Shown here one piece after another: positions 51,032 to 59,072 of a DNA stretch of 64,000 nt; the stretch's first letter is position 1, and every line of letters starts with the position of its first letter. This DNA is from an uncultured Bryobacterales bacterium (lineage in GTDB: Bacteria > Acidobacteriota > Terriglobia > Bryobacterales > UBA6623): positions 3,901 through 67,900 of the forward strand of contig CAYWUV010000025.1 in NCBI GenBank assembly GCA_964461235.1, written 5' to 3'. The position numbers were made by a program, and so were the translations under genes. Under the pieces are notes generated by a model that was not told where the DNA came from, ran no database searches, and saw only the letters and a list, made by a program, of their open reading frames with translations.

Positions 51032-53970
51032 GAGTCCTGCTGTATACAGGCCTGGTGGCCACGGCCGCCGCAGCTGCGGCCGTGCCAGCCGATAGTGTTC
51101 CGGTGTTCGAGAAGGACGTGCTGCCGATCTTCTCGACCTACTGCTTTACTTGCCACGGAAAGAGCTCTCCGGAACTGGGTGTCGACCTTCGCACGGCCCG
51201 GTCCGTCTTGCGAGGCGGATTCAACGGCCCGGTCATCCATAAGGGCTCTCCAGAAGAGAGTCCGCTGTTCCAGAAGGTCTCAACGGCGGAAATGCCGCCA
51301 CCGGCCTTCAACAGCACGGTTCCCGAGGCGGACGTGGAGACGATCCGACGTTGGATCCAGGGCGGGGCACCGTCCGAAATCACGGAAAAGATTCCCGAAA
51401 TCTCCCGCCGGCAGATCGCACGTTTTGAGAGCGAGATCCGGCCCCTTCTCAAGGAGCGGTGCGTCGTATGCCATGGCGGCAACCGGCCGCAATCCGGCCT
51501 GGACCTCTCGACCTTGGCCTCGGTCCTTCGCGGCGGCGTGCACGGACCGGTCGTGATCGAGGGCTTTTCGGAAAAGAGTGTTCTGATACGCCAGCTGGTG
51601 AGCGGAGTGATGCCTCCTGAGGGAGCTGGGAAGGCATTGAACGATGACGAAATCGAACTGATCCGATCATGGATTGACGAAGGATCGTTCGCCGACCACG
51701 TCGATCTGGGGAATCCACTGGACAGGGCCCTGACCGAAGCCGAGGCCCCGCCGATCACCAAGGAGGATCGCGAGCACTGGGCATTCCGGAAGCCAGTCGC
51801 CGGTCCCGTGCCGGACGTGGCCTCGCTAGAGCGAGTGCAAACCCCGATCGACTCCTTCGTCCAACGCGACCTGGAGCGGGAAGGCCTCTCGATGTCGGCA
51901 CCAGCGTCCAAGCGGACCCTGATGCGCCGTGCGTACTTCGACTTGTGGGGTCTCCCCCCGACCCCGGCCGAGGCTGCTGCATTCATGGGGGACGAGGCCC
52001 CCGGTTCCTTCGAGCGCTTGCTCGATCGATTGCTGGAATCGCCCAGGTACGGCCAGCGCTGGGGTCGCTTCTGGCTGGATGCAGCCGGCTACGTCGACAC
52101 CACCGGGAAGGACTTCCGAGCCGAGAATCCGATCCTTGCTCCCGGCATGTGGCGTTACCGCGACTACGTGATTGACTCGTTCAACCGGGACAAGCCTTGG
52201 GACCGGTTCCTGACCGAGCAGCTTGCGGGCGACGAACTCCATGACTGGCGGAACGCGGCCAGCTACACGCCGGAGATGCTTGAGGGGCTGATCGCCACGG
52301 GCTACCTGCGCACCGTCCTAGACGCGACGGACGAAGACATTTCCGACCGGCCTGCGGACCGGTACGACACACTCTTCGCGCTGATCGACAAGGTAGCACG
52401 CAGTTCCATCGGACTCACTCTCTCGTGCGCCCGCTGTCATAGTCACAAGTTCGACCCGATCCCGCAGCGCGACTACTACCGGTTCCTGGCCCTCCTGTCT
52501 CCGGCCTACAACCCGTCGCAATGGATCCAGCCGAAGAACCGCGTGCTTTACACGGTCTCGGCAGCCGAGAAAGAGAAGATCGATCGGCACAACGAGGAGG
52601 TGGATGCCGAAGTCAAGAATCTGACCGCCCGCATGAACGCCATTCGAGCGCCCTACCGCGAGCAGCTGGTCGCGGACAAGCTCGAGGCGGTCCCGGAAGT
52701 CATCCGCGAGGACCTGCGCACTGCTCTAGCGACGGACGCTCCTGACAGAACGGAGGTCCAGGAATATCTGGTCAGCAAGTTCGGGCCGTCCGCCGAAGTC
52801 AAGGACGGCGAAATCGATTCCACGGTCTCGGCATCGGACAGCGAGGAACTGTCCCGACTCGAGCAGGAACTTGAGACGTGGCGCGGCTACCGTCACGAAC
52901 TGCACAAGTTGCGAGCGCTGTGGGATGGCGACAATCTGCCCGTCATCCGCCTGCTCCAGCGAGGCAGCGTCGAATCCCCGGGCCCGGCCGTGAAGCCCGG
53001 CTTCCTCGAGATCCTTTGCAAGGAAGGCAACGACTGCCTGGCGGCTCCCTCTCCGAACCGAGTCGGCAAGACCATGGGATACCGGCTGGCCCTGGCGGAA
53101 TGGCTGACCGACCCCGAGCACCCCCTGACGGCTCGAGTGGTCGTGAATCGCATCTGGCAGCATCACTTCGGGACTGGGATCGTCTCGACGCCGGACAACT
53201 TCGGCCGATACGGAGCGTCGCCTTCTCACCCCGAATTGCTCGACTGGCTGGCGGTCGATTTCGTCAACCACGGGTGGAGGGTCAAGCGCCTGCACAAGCT
53301 GATCATGCTTTCGTCGGTCTACCAGCAGTCGTCGCGCCCGGAGCACAACCCGTCGGCCGGACTCGCCGACGTCAAGGATCCCGAAAACCGACTGTTCTGG
53401 CGAAGGCCGCTGCGACGCTTGGAAGCTGAGGCCCTCAGGGACTCGATCCTCTCTGTTGCAGGCCGTCTTGACCTGACAGCGAACGGTCCGCCGGTGATGC
53501 TGGAGGCCCGTTCGGACGGCCTCCAACTGCCGGTGGAGGACGGTGCCAACAGGCGAAGCGTGTACCTGCTGGCCCGCCGAACCTGGTCTTCGACGTTCAT
53601 GACGACGTTCGATTTCCCGAACATAGACACCACCTGCACGAACAGGGTCCCGTCGTCGACCCCTCTCCAGTCCCTGACGATGATGAACAGCGAACTCGTC
53701 ACCGAGAACGCCTTGGCCGTCGCGCACCGCGCGATGGAACTGGCGCAGGAAGGTGCGAACGGCGTGGAGCCGATCATTCGCGCCGGGTACCAGATCGTGC
53801 TGTCGCGCGAGCCGACGCAGGCAGAGATCGAACTCGCTGCCGCTCACCTGGAGAGAGGGCGCGGATTGTTTTCCCGCGCAAACAGCCCGGACGACGAGGC
53901 GCTCACGCGGTCCGTCGAGAGCTTCGTGCACATGCTCATGAGCTCTAACGAGTTCCTGTACATCGACTGA
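51028..53970 (+). CDS. PSD1-type protein with two N-terminal CxxCH modules (2x PSCyt + DUF1549 + DUF1553)
   Basis: 980 aa. CFTCH (51142-51156) and CVVCH, RFWLDAAGYVDT, CARCHSHKFDPI, NRIWQHHFGTGIV, C-terminal LMSSNEFLYID. Confidence 0.85.
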   Translation: MRVLLYTGLVATAAAAAAVPADSVPVFEKDVLPIFSTYCFTCHGKSSPELGVDLRTARSVLRGGFNGPVIHKGSPEESPLFQKVSTAEMPPPAFNSTVPEADVETIRRWIQGGAPSEITEKIPEISRRQIARFESEIRPLLKERCVVCHGGNRPQSGLDLSTLASVLRGGVHGPVVIEGFSEKSVLIRQLVSGVMPPEGAGKALNDDEIELIRSWIDEGSFADHVDLGNPLDRALTEAEAPPITKEDREHWAFRKPVAGPVPDVASLERVQTPIDSFVQRDLEREGLSMSAPASKRTLMRRAYFDLWGLPPTPAEAAAFMGDEAPGSFERLLDRLLESPRYGQRWGRFWLDAAGYVDTTGKDFRAENPILAPGMWRYRDYVIDSFNRDKPWDRFLTEQLAGDELHDWRNAASYTPEMLEGLIATGYLRTVLDATDEDISDRPADRYDTLFALIDKVARSSIGLTLSCARCHSHKFDPIPQRDYYRFLALLSPAYNPSQWIQPKNRVLYTVSAAEKEKIDRHNEEVDAEVKNLTARMNAIRAPYREQLVADKLEAVPEVIREDLRTALATDAPDRTEVQEYLVSKFGPSAEVKDGEIDSTVSASDSEELSRLEQELETWRGYRHELHKLRALWDGDNLPVIRLLQRGSVESPGPAVKPGFLEILCKEGNDCLAAPSPNRVGKTMGYRLALAEWLTDPEHPLTARVVVNRIWQHHFGTGIVSTPDNFGRYGASPSHPELLDWLAVDFVNHGWRVKRLHKLIMLSSVYQQSSRPEHNPSAGLADVKDPENRLFWRRPLRRLEAEALRDSILSVAGRLDLTANGPPVMLEARSDGLQLPVEDGANRRSVYLLARRTWSSTFMTTFDFPNIDTTCTNRVPSSTPLQSLTMMNSELVTENALAVAHRAMELAQEGANGVEPIIRAGYQIVLSREPTQAEIELAAAHLERGRGLFSRANSPDDEALTRSVESFVHMLMSSNEFLYID

Positions 53971-54540
53971 AGACCGGCGCGAGAGAGCCTTTACACAGAC
54001 CCTCCAGATCGACATCGTTCGATTAGGCACAAGTCCCGCTAAGCGCGAGGTGAAACGGCGCAGGCGGACTGATCGAAACCCGCCACGGCAATCTGCTCGC
54101 CATTCCCAAGCGATGGGGGTGCGCCACGATGCCCGGCACGCTCATCGCCAGGGACTCGTACACGTCGGTCTCGGAGACCCGGTCGTCGCTAGGAGCATTG
54201 GCGCACTCCGTCCGCAAGGTCGCGCGGCTGCCGACACGACAGCTTTCGTGCCGCATCGGGGCCGGCAGTATACCGCTCTCCTAGGATCCGGTGATTCACC
54301 GCGTCTCGTTGCCTTCGCGCCGGTCGAGAGCCGTCGGACGCGGCAGCCAAGCACCATCGCGGAGCCTTTGCGCCGCAGCCCCGAACTCGACACGGACGAT
54401 GGACGAGCCGACGCATGGTCCCGCATTGCGACCGGGTTGCGGGAGCGGGCCGGGACCTCCTACGGCGCGGAGATTCGGCCAACGTGACTCGCCGCAGCGG
54501 ACGATATTGCTCGAAACCCGATGCATGTCGAAAAGGGGGC

Positions 54541-54767
54541 TCACTTCCCCGGACTGGTCACGGGACTGAGGTTTAACCACTTCTCGCAGACGGAGCCGCG
54601 AACTGCGGGGACGGCCTGAAGGACAGCCGACAACTCTTTGAGCGGATCCCTGACCAAGGCCAGGCAGACCACGGCAGTGTTTGCGCTGGATTCCGCAGTT
54701 CGACAGTGGTTGCACGCGGGATTGCGTCCGTAGTTGCTTGATATTGCGGCACTTGTAGACAGGCATT
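54541..54767 (-). pseudogene. Possible DUF2277-like gene, multiply frameshifted
   Basis: Minus strand reads MPVYKCRNIKQLR (DUF2277 proteins start MCRNIK.L). Later family-like pieces (P.AT..EL, ..SGI.., ..AV..V......L..L) appear only in the other two frames. Weak. Confidence 0.25.
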
Positions 54768-54871
54768 TCAACCGCGCCACGATTGGCTCGTTCCCTTGGC
54801 AAGGCCCAGCTCCAGCAGCCTGAAGTGCTTTCCTGACGAGAGCTCACGGCCTGTCCGCTACGGTAGTCGCC

Positions 54872-54938
54872 GAACCTTAGTTTACAAAATATTCTAGTTA
54901 CATCCTTACTGTATACTAAGAAGAGGCTGGAATCTGAT
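54872..54938 (+). promoter_or_regulatory. AT-rich putative promoter/operator upstream of the XRE-ImmA gene
   Basis: Locally AT-rich. Direct repeat TAGTTTACA (54878-54886) / TAGTTACA (54895-54902), GTATAC palindrome at 54911-54916, GAGG about 13 nt before the ATG. No confident -35/-10. Confidence 0.3.
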
Positions 54939-56009
54939 ATGCACGGAGAACGATTGCGGGGGCTTCGGCTCGCTCATGGCCTCTCACTGCGGGTCCTGGC
55001 GAAGAAGGTGGGCGTTTCTGCGATGGCTGTGTCCAAGTACGAGCGGGGTCTCTGCGTGCCATCCACTCCCGTACTCGTCTCGCTAGCCACGACATTTTCG
55101 GTCCAACCTGACTACTTCTCGCGGCCACTAACGGTCGGCATCGAGCGGGTCGAACATCGGAATCGTCACCGATGGAACCTGCCCCTGAAGGTCGAACGTC
55201 GGATCCTCGCGGACGTCCTTGATCAGCTTGAGCGCCGGACGATGCTCGATTCGATTGCGCCGGCGGCCCGGCCAGAAAGATTGGATTTGCCTCACGGCTT
55301 GCCCGCCGAGATTACTGCTATGGATCAAATCGAAGCGCTAGTGCTTCGGCTTCGGAGCGAATGGCATCTCGGCCTAGGTCCCGTCCCCAATCTGATGGAC
55401 TCACTCGAGACGATCGGCATTGATGTCCTAACCACCAATGCTAACGACCATCGGTTCGAGGGCATGAGCTCCCGTTCTGGGAACCGGAGCATTGTCGTCG
55501 TGGGAACATCCTGGCCGGGTGACCGGCAGCGCTTCACGGTGGCCCACGAACTCGGGCACTTGGTGCTCGACAGCCGATTGGCCGGTGGCATCGAGACAGA
55601 AGAAGCCTGCAATCGCTTCGCTGGCGCTTTTCTTGCACCCGAGCCGACGGTGAAGCAGTTTCTGGGTGCGCATCGAAAGGTCTTGGACCTATATGAACTC
55701 TATCGGCTCAAGCACAAGTTTGGACTCAGCATCGCAGGCTGGAGCCACCGAGCGCTCGACTTGGGTATCGTGCCTCAATCTGAGTACCGGAGGTTCCGGA
55801 ATGTGCTGCAAACACGGAAGTTGCACAAGACTGAACCTGGAATGGAGTATCCCAAGGAATGCCCACGTCTCTTTGAACTGAGGGTCTACCGTGCGCTGAT
55901 TGAGAATCTTGTGACTGAATCGAAGGCTTCTGAACTGCTTGGCATTCAGCAAATGGATCTGGCGAACAGATACCGCATCACGGGATTTGATGGCAAGCTT
56001 CGTAATTGA
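54939..56009 (+). CDS. XRE-family HTH fused to an ImmA/IrrE-type zinc metallopeptidase
   Basis: N-terminus LRGLRLAHGLSLRVLAKKVGVSAMAVSKYERG (HTH_3). Central FTVAHELGHLVL (HExxH) within a DUF955/ImmA-like domain. Confidence 0.85.
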   Translation: MHGERLRGLRLAHGLSLRVLAKKVGVSAMAVSKYERGLCVPSTPVLVSLATTFSVQPDYFSRPLTVGIERVEHRNRHRWNLPLKVERRILADVLDQLERRTMLDSIAPAARPERLDLPHGLPAEITAMDQIEALVLRLRSEWHLGLGPVPNLMDSLETIGIDVLTTNANDHRFEGMSSRSGNRSIVVVGTSWPGDRQRFTVAHELGHLVLDSRLAGGIETEEACNRFAGAFLAPEPTVKQFLGAHRKVLDLYELYRLKHKFGLSIAGWSHRALDLGIVPQSEYRRFRNVLQTRKLHKTEPGMEYPKECPRLFELRVYRALIENLVTESKASELLGIQQMDLANRYRITGFDGKLRN

Positions 56010-56121
56010 TTCGAATATTCTGATCGATTTCGACTCGGCAGGATTCATCGAGGTCATCTTTGAATCCGGTGCCACATTTGTCATGCCCGCAGTCGTGTTC
56101 CAATATGAAATCGCTTCGTAA
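55990..56121 (+). pseudogene. PIN-like (DUF4411/VapC-type) gene truncated after 43 codons
   Basis: ATG overlaps the end of the ImmA gene. MASFVIDSNILIDFDSAGFIEVI is a PIN N-terminal strand-Asp motif. The ORF stops at 56121, where the DUF4338 remnant begins. Confidence 0.5.
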
Positions 56122-56290
56122 CCATTCAGTAAGCGGGGTGTGGGACTCTTTGGGCAGCGAGGCTCCGGGGTCAGCTGGTAGTTGGGATGAGGGACGGACA
56201 CCGCCGCCTTCAGGGGCCATGCAGTCGCTCGCCCGCAGCCGCGGAACACAGAGCGGGATGGCTTGGTTCGCAGCAACCGGCCCGCCACAC

Positions 56291-56822
56291 TCAGGCCTTG
56301 CGAAGGCCCCTGGGGCGGAAATTCCGGCCGGAGCGGGACGTCGGTGAGCAGCCAAGCAGGACGGCCTGCCAATCCTCTTGCAGCGGGTACACGAACACCG
56401 CTTTGGGCGTCTTGGCCGGCACGCCGCCCATGGCCCTCCGCGCTTGGGTTTGCCTCGGGTAGTGCCAGCTCGAGGCCCGGTAGCAGGTGCCCTTGTGCTG
56501 GCGTTCGTCGATATAGGTTTCGACCAGTACGGGGCAGCCTCCTTGCGCCCGCTGCCAGTCGGCCAGCCAGTGTAGGCTCAGCCCCAGGCTCCTCGACGCC
56601 AGGCATTTGACCCGCACCCAAGGCTGGGTTGAGGACTCGATGCTTGCCCGCATTGACCACACCCATCTGAATTCCGAACTGCCGGAGTTCCGCAATCTCG
56701 TCCCGACATCCGAGAATCTGCTCGCCCTCGTCGAAGCCTGGCTGCGCCAGCGCTGGGGCCAGCACTTCCCCCGGCCAGGCCGTTCGACTCGCCGGGCTGC
56801 GCCTGGAGGAGACGTCGCGCAA
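56291..56822 (-). pseudogene. DUF4338-domain protein, C-terminal part only, frameshifted
   Basis: PWVRVKCLASRSLGLSLHWLADWQRAQGGCPVLVETYIDERQHKGTCYRASSWHYPRQTQ..VFVYPL matches DUF4338 (LPWVRV..LAS, DWQ, ETFVD, GTCYRAANW). The upstream part lies in a different frame and the N-terminal half is absent. Confidence 0.65.
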
Positions 56823-56909
56823 CAGCTTTCGGGTCTAGGTGAGGGGAATCCGAACGCAGCATCCCAACATTCAACGTTACCGGATACCTCGAGGGGCTCG
56901 AGGCAAACC

Positions 56910-57491
56910 TTGACAACGGAACACCGAATAGATCCCTTGGAACTGCTAGTTCACGGAATCGTCCAGCACTTGGGAGAGGATCCGGAGTGGGACGGCCTGA
57001 GGACGACGCCATACCGGGTCACCAAGGCCTTGCGAGAGCTCACCCGAGGATCCGAACAGGACTTGGAAAGACTCGTGCAGTCCGCTATCTTCGACGTCAC
57101 GTATGACGGGGTGTCTATTGTGAAGGACATCGAGGTGTTCTCGCTTTGCGAACACCACATGCTGCCGTTCTACGGCAAGATGTATGTCGCATACATTCCC
57201 CGCAAGAAGGGCATCGGCTTGAGCAAGACCGCCCGACTCGTGGACATTTTCGCCCGCCGCTTGCAGATCCAGAACCGGCTGACCCAGCAGGTCGCCGTGA
57301 CGATCCAGGAATCGATCGATCCGGAAGGCTTGGGCGTGATCTGCGAGGACCAGCACCTCCGCATGATGATCCTAGGCGTGGAAAAGCAGCACTCCTCCAC
57401 AATCACGAGTGACATGACGGGCGTCTTTCACGAAACCCCGAAGACCCGCGAGGAATTCCTATCGCAAGGGTCGCGGGGAAACGGCCGGTAG
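56910..57491 (+). CDS. folE: GTP cyclohydrolase I (FolE type 1) homologue with substituted zinc-ligand Cys
   Basis: Proposed TTG start (GAGG 6 nt upstream). GEDPEWDGLRTTPYRVTKAL, VFSLCEHHMLPFYGKMYVAYIP, GLSKTARLVDIFARRLQIQNRLTQQ. The H.CM.MRGV box reads HLRMMILGV. Confidence 0.8.
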   Translation: MTTEHRIDPLELLVHGIVQHLGEDPEWDGLRTTPYRVTKALRELTRGSEQDLERLVQSAIFDVTYDGVSIVKDIEVFSLCEHHMLPFYGKMYVAYIPRKKGIGLSKTARLVDIFARRLQIQNRLTQQVAVTIQESIDPEGLGVICEDQHLRMMILGVEKQHSSTITSDMTGVFHETPKTREEFLSQGSRGNGR

Positions 57492-57535
57492 TCCTCTACT
57501 CGCTGACCGACAACTCGCAGACGACACGCAAGGTC

Positions 57536-57604
57536 AACCTGATTCGCCTCTTTGGTGATCAGATCTATTGCATATGCCACCTTGCGCCGACAAACCTGAT
57601 TCGC
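57536..57604 (+). repeat. 12-nt perfect direct repeat AACCTGATTCGC x2
   Basis: Copies at 57536-57547 and 57593-57604. The second ends 4 nt before the TPR gene ATG (57609). Confidence 0.5.
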
Positions 57605-57608
57605 GAGA

Positions 57609-59069
57609 ATGGCAAGCGAGCATTGCGCCGACAGGATGGGAACGGGACGAATTGGATTCGGCCGAATTTTTCTTGGAGTAAGCCTGTTGCTTCCAGTGGG
57701 TTGCTCCTCGGGCCAGCCTGACTATCCAGAACTTCCTGACCTGCCGCTGCTCAGCCCTGACGAGTTTCCGGAGGCGACGTGGAATCTACTTCGCAGGGCC
57801 TATCGAGCGGCACTCGACAACCCGAATGATCCTCGAGCAAACGGCGATCTCGGCGACTGGCTACATGCCCATCGGCAGTACCGCGAGGCGGAGGCCTGCT
57901 ACTCGAGGGCTAGAGCGATGGCCCCGGATGTCTTCCGATGGGCCTACTACCTGGGAATAATACAGACCCAGCGCGGGCAGCACGAGCAGGCTGTAGCCAG
58001 CTTCCACGCTGCCCAACGACTGAATCCGACCTACCCTGCGATTGCGACACGGTTGGGCGAGGCCCTATTTGCTGCGGGAAGATTCTCCGAGAGTTACGAG
58101 TTGTTTGGGTCACTGGTCCGCGAACGGCCGCAGATGGCTACAGCTCACTATGGCCTAGGACGTGCATTGTCAGCGCTCGGCCGGCCTGAGGACGCAGTTG
58201 GGCCCTACCGCAAAGCCTGCGATCTGGCCCCGACCTTTGGATCTGCCCACTATGCGTTGGCGCTCGCCTACCGGGATCTTGGCGAACACGAAAGGGCCCG
58301 GGAACTGTTCTTGCTACACGAAAAGGGGAGGCTGGTTGTTCCGTCCGACATCGATCCGCTCATGGAGGAGCTCAAGGCCCTCAACACCGGGCCCTTGGAA
58401 TACCTTGCCAAGGGCGAAGCACTCTTGGAAGCCGAGGACAAGGAGGGAGCGATCCTTCAGTTCGAGCAGGCGCTAAGAATAGACCCGGAAGTTGAGCAGG
58501 CTCGCATCAATCTGCTGATTACTTACGGGGAGATGGGGCGGATTGAAGAGGCGGAACAGCATTATCAAACCGGTGTCAGGATCAATCCCGATCAGGCGGA
58601 ACTACATAACAACTACGGGGTATTCCTGTCTCGGATCGGACGCTACAGCGAGGCCGAGGACGTACTTCGGCTAGCGATCGAGATCCGTCCGAACTACGCG
58701 GAGGCTCACAACAACCTAGGCCATGTTCTAGAGCAAGACGGCCGGGAAAACGAGGCTGTTACTCACTACCGCAAGGCCATTGAGAATCGACCAAATTACC
58801 GTCTTGCACACTATAACCTGGGCTGGGTTCTGTTAAATCAGAGCCAATATGAAGAAGCTATCGAGCAGTTTCAAGGGACGCTCACCCCAGAGGACGATCA
58901 AACGCCCGGATTCATGTACGGGCTTGCGGCAGCATATGGCCGGGCAGGAAATCGCGACCAGGCCTTCCATCACGCCCAAGAAGCACATCGGCGTGCGATT
59001 GCCCACGGGCAGACAGAACTGGCGGCGATGATCGAAAGGGACCTTCGGAAAGCGAAGTCAAGTCAATAG
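57609..59069 (+). CDS. TPR-repeat lipoprotein
   Basis: Lipobox LLLPVGC, then about 10 TPR units ([72 protein letters not shown]). Confidence 0.8.
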   Translation: MASEHCADRMGTGRIGFGRIFLGVSLLLPVGCSSGQPDYPELPDLPLLSPDEFPEATWNLLRRAYRAALDNPNDPRANGDLGDWLHAHRQYREAEACYSRARAMAPDVFRWAYYLGIIQTQRGQHEQAVASFHAAQRLNPTYPAIATRLGEALFAAGRFSESYELFGSLVRERPQMATAHYGLGRALSALGRPEDAVGPYRKACDLAPTFGSAHYALALAYRDLGEHERARELFLLHEKGRLVVPSDIDPLMEELKALNTGPLEYLAKGEALLEAEDKEGAILQFEQALRIDPEVEQARINLLITYGEMGRIEEAEQHYQTGVRINPDQAELHNNYGVFLSRIGRYSEAEDVLRLAIEIRPNYAEAHNNLGHVLEQDGRENEAVTHYRKAIENRPNYRLAHYNLGWVLLNQSQYEEAIEQFQGTLTPEDDQTPGFMYGLAAAYGRAGNRDQAFHHAQEAHRRAIAHGQTELAAMIERDLRKAKSSQ

Positions 59070-59072
59070 ATC

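Noticed and set aside
53971-54540. About 570 nt without a convincing gene. Minus-strand fragments (..APMLLATTG.., ..DDRVSETDVYESLAMSVPGIVAHP) faintly resemble a VapC/PIN C-terminus.
   Set aside because: The match is only a few residues and spans two frames. It cannot be supported without a profile search.
56607-56909. 101-codon N-terminal extension of the FolE ORF.
   Set aside because: It overlaps the antisense of the DUF4338 remnant, has no FolE homology, and begins at a non-ATG codon. FolE-family length is satisfied from the TTG at 56910.
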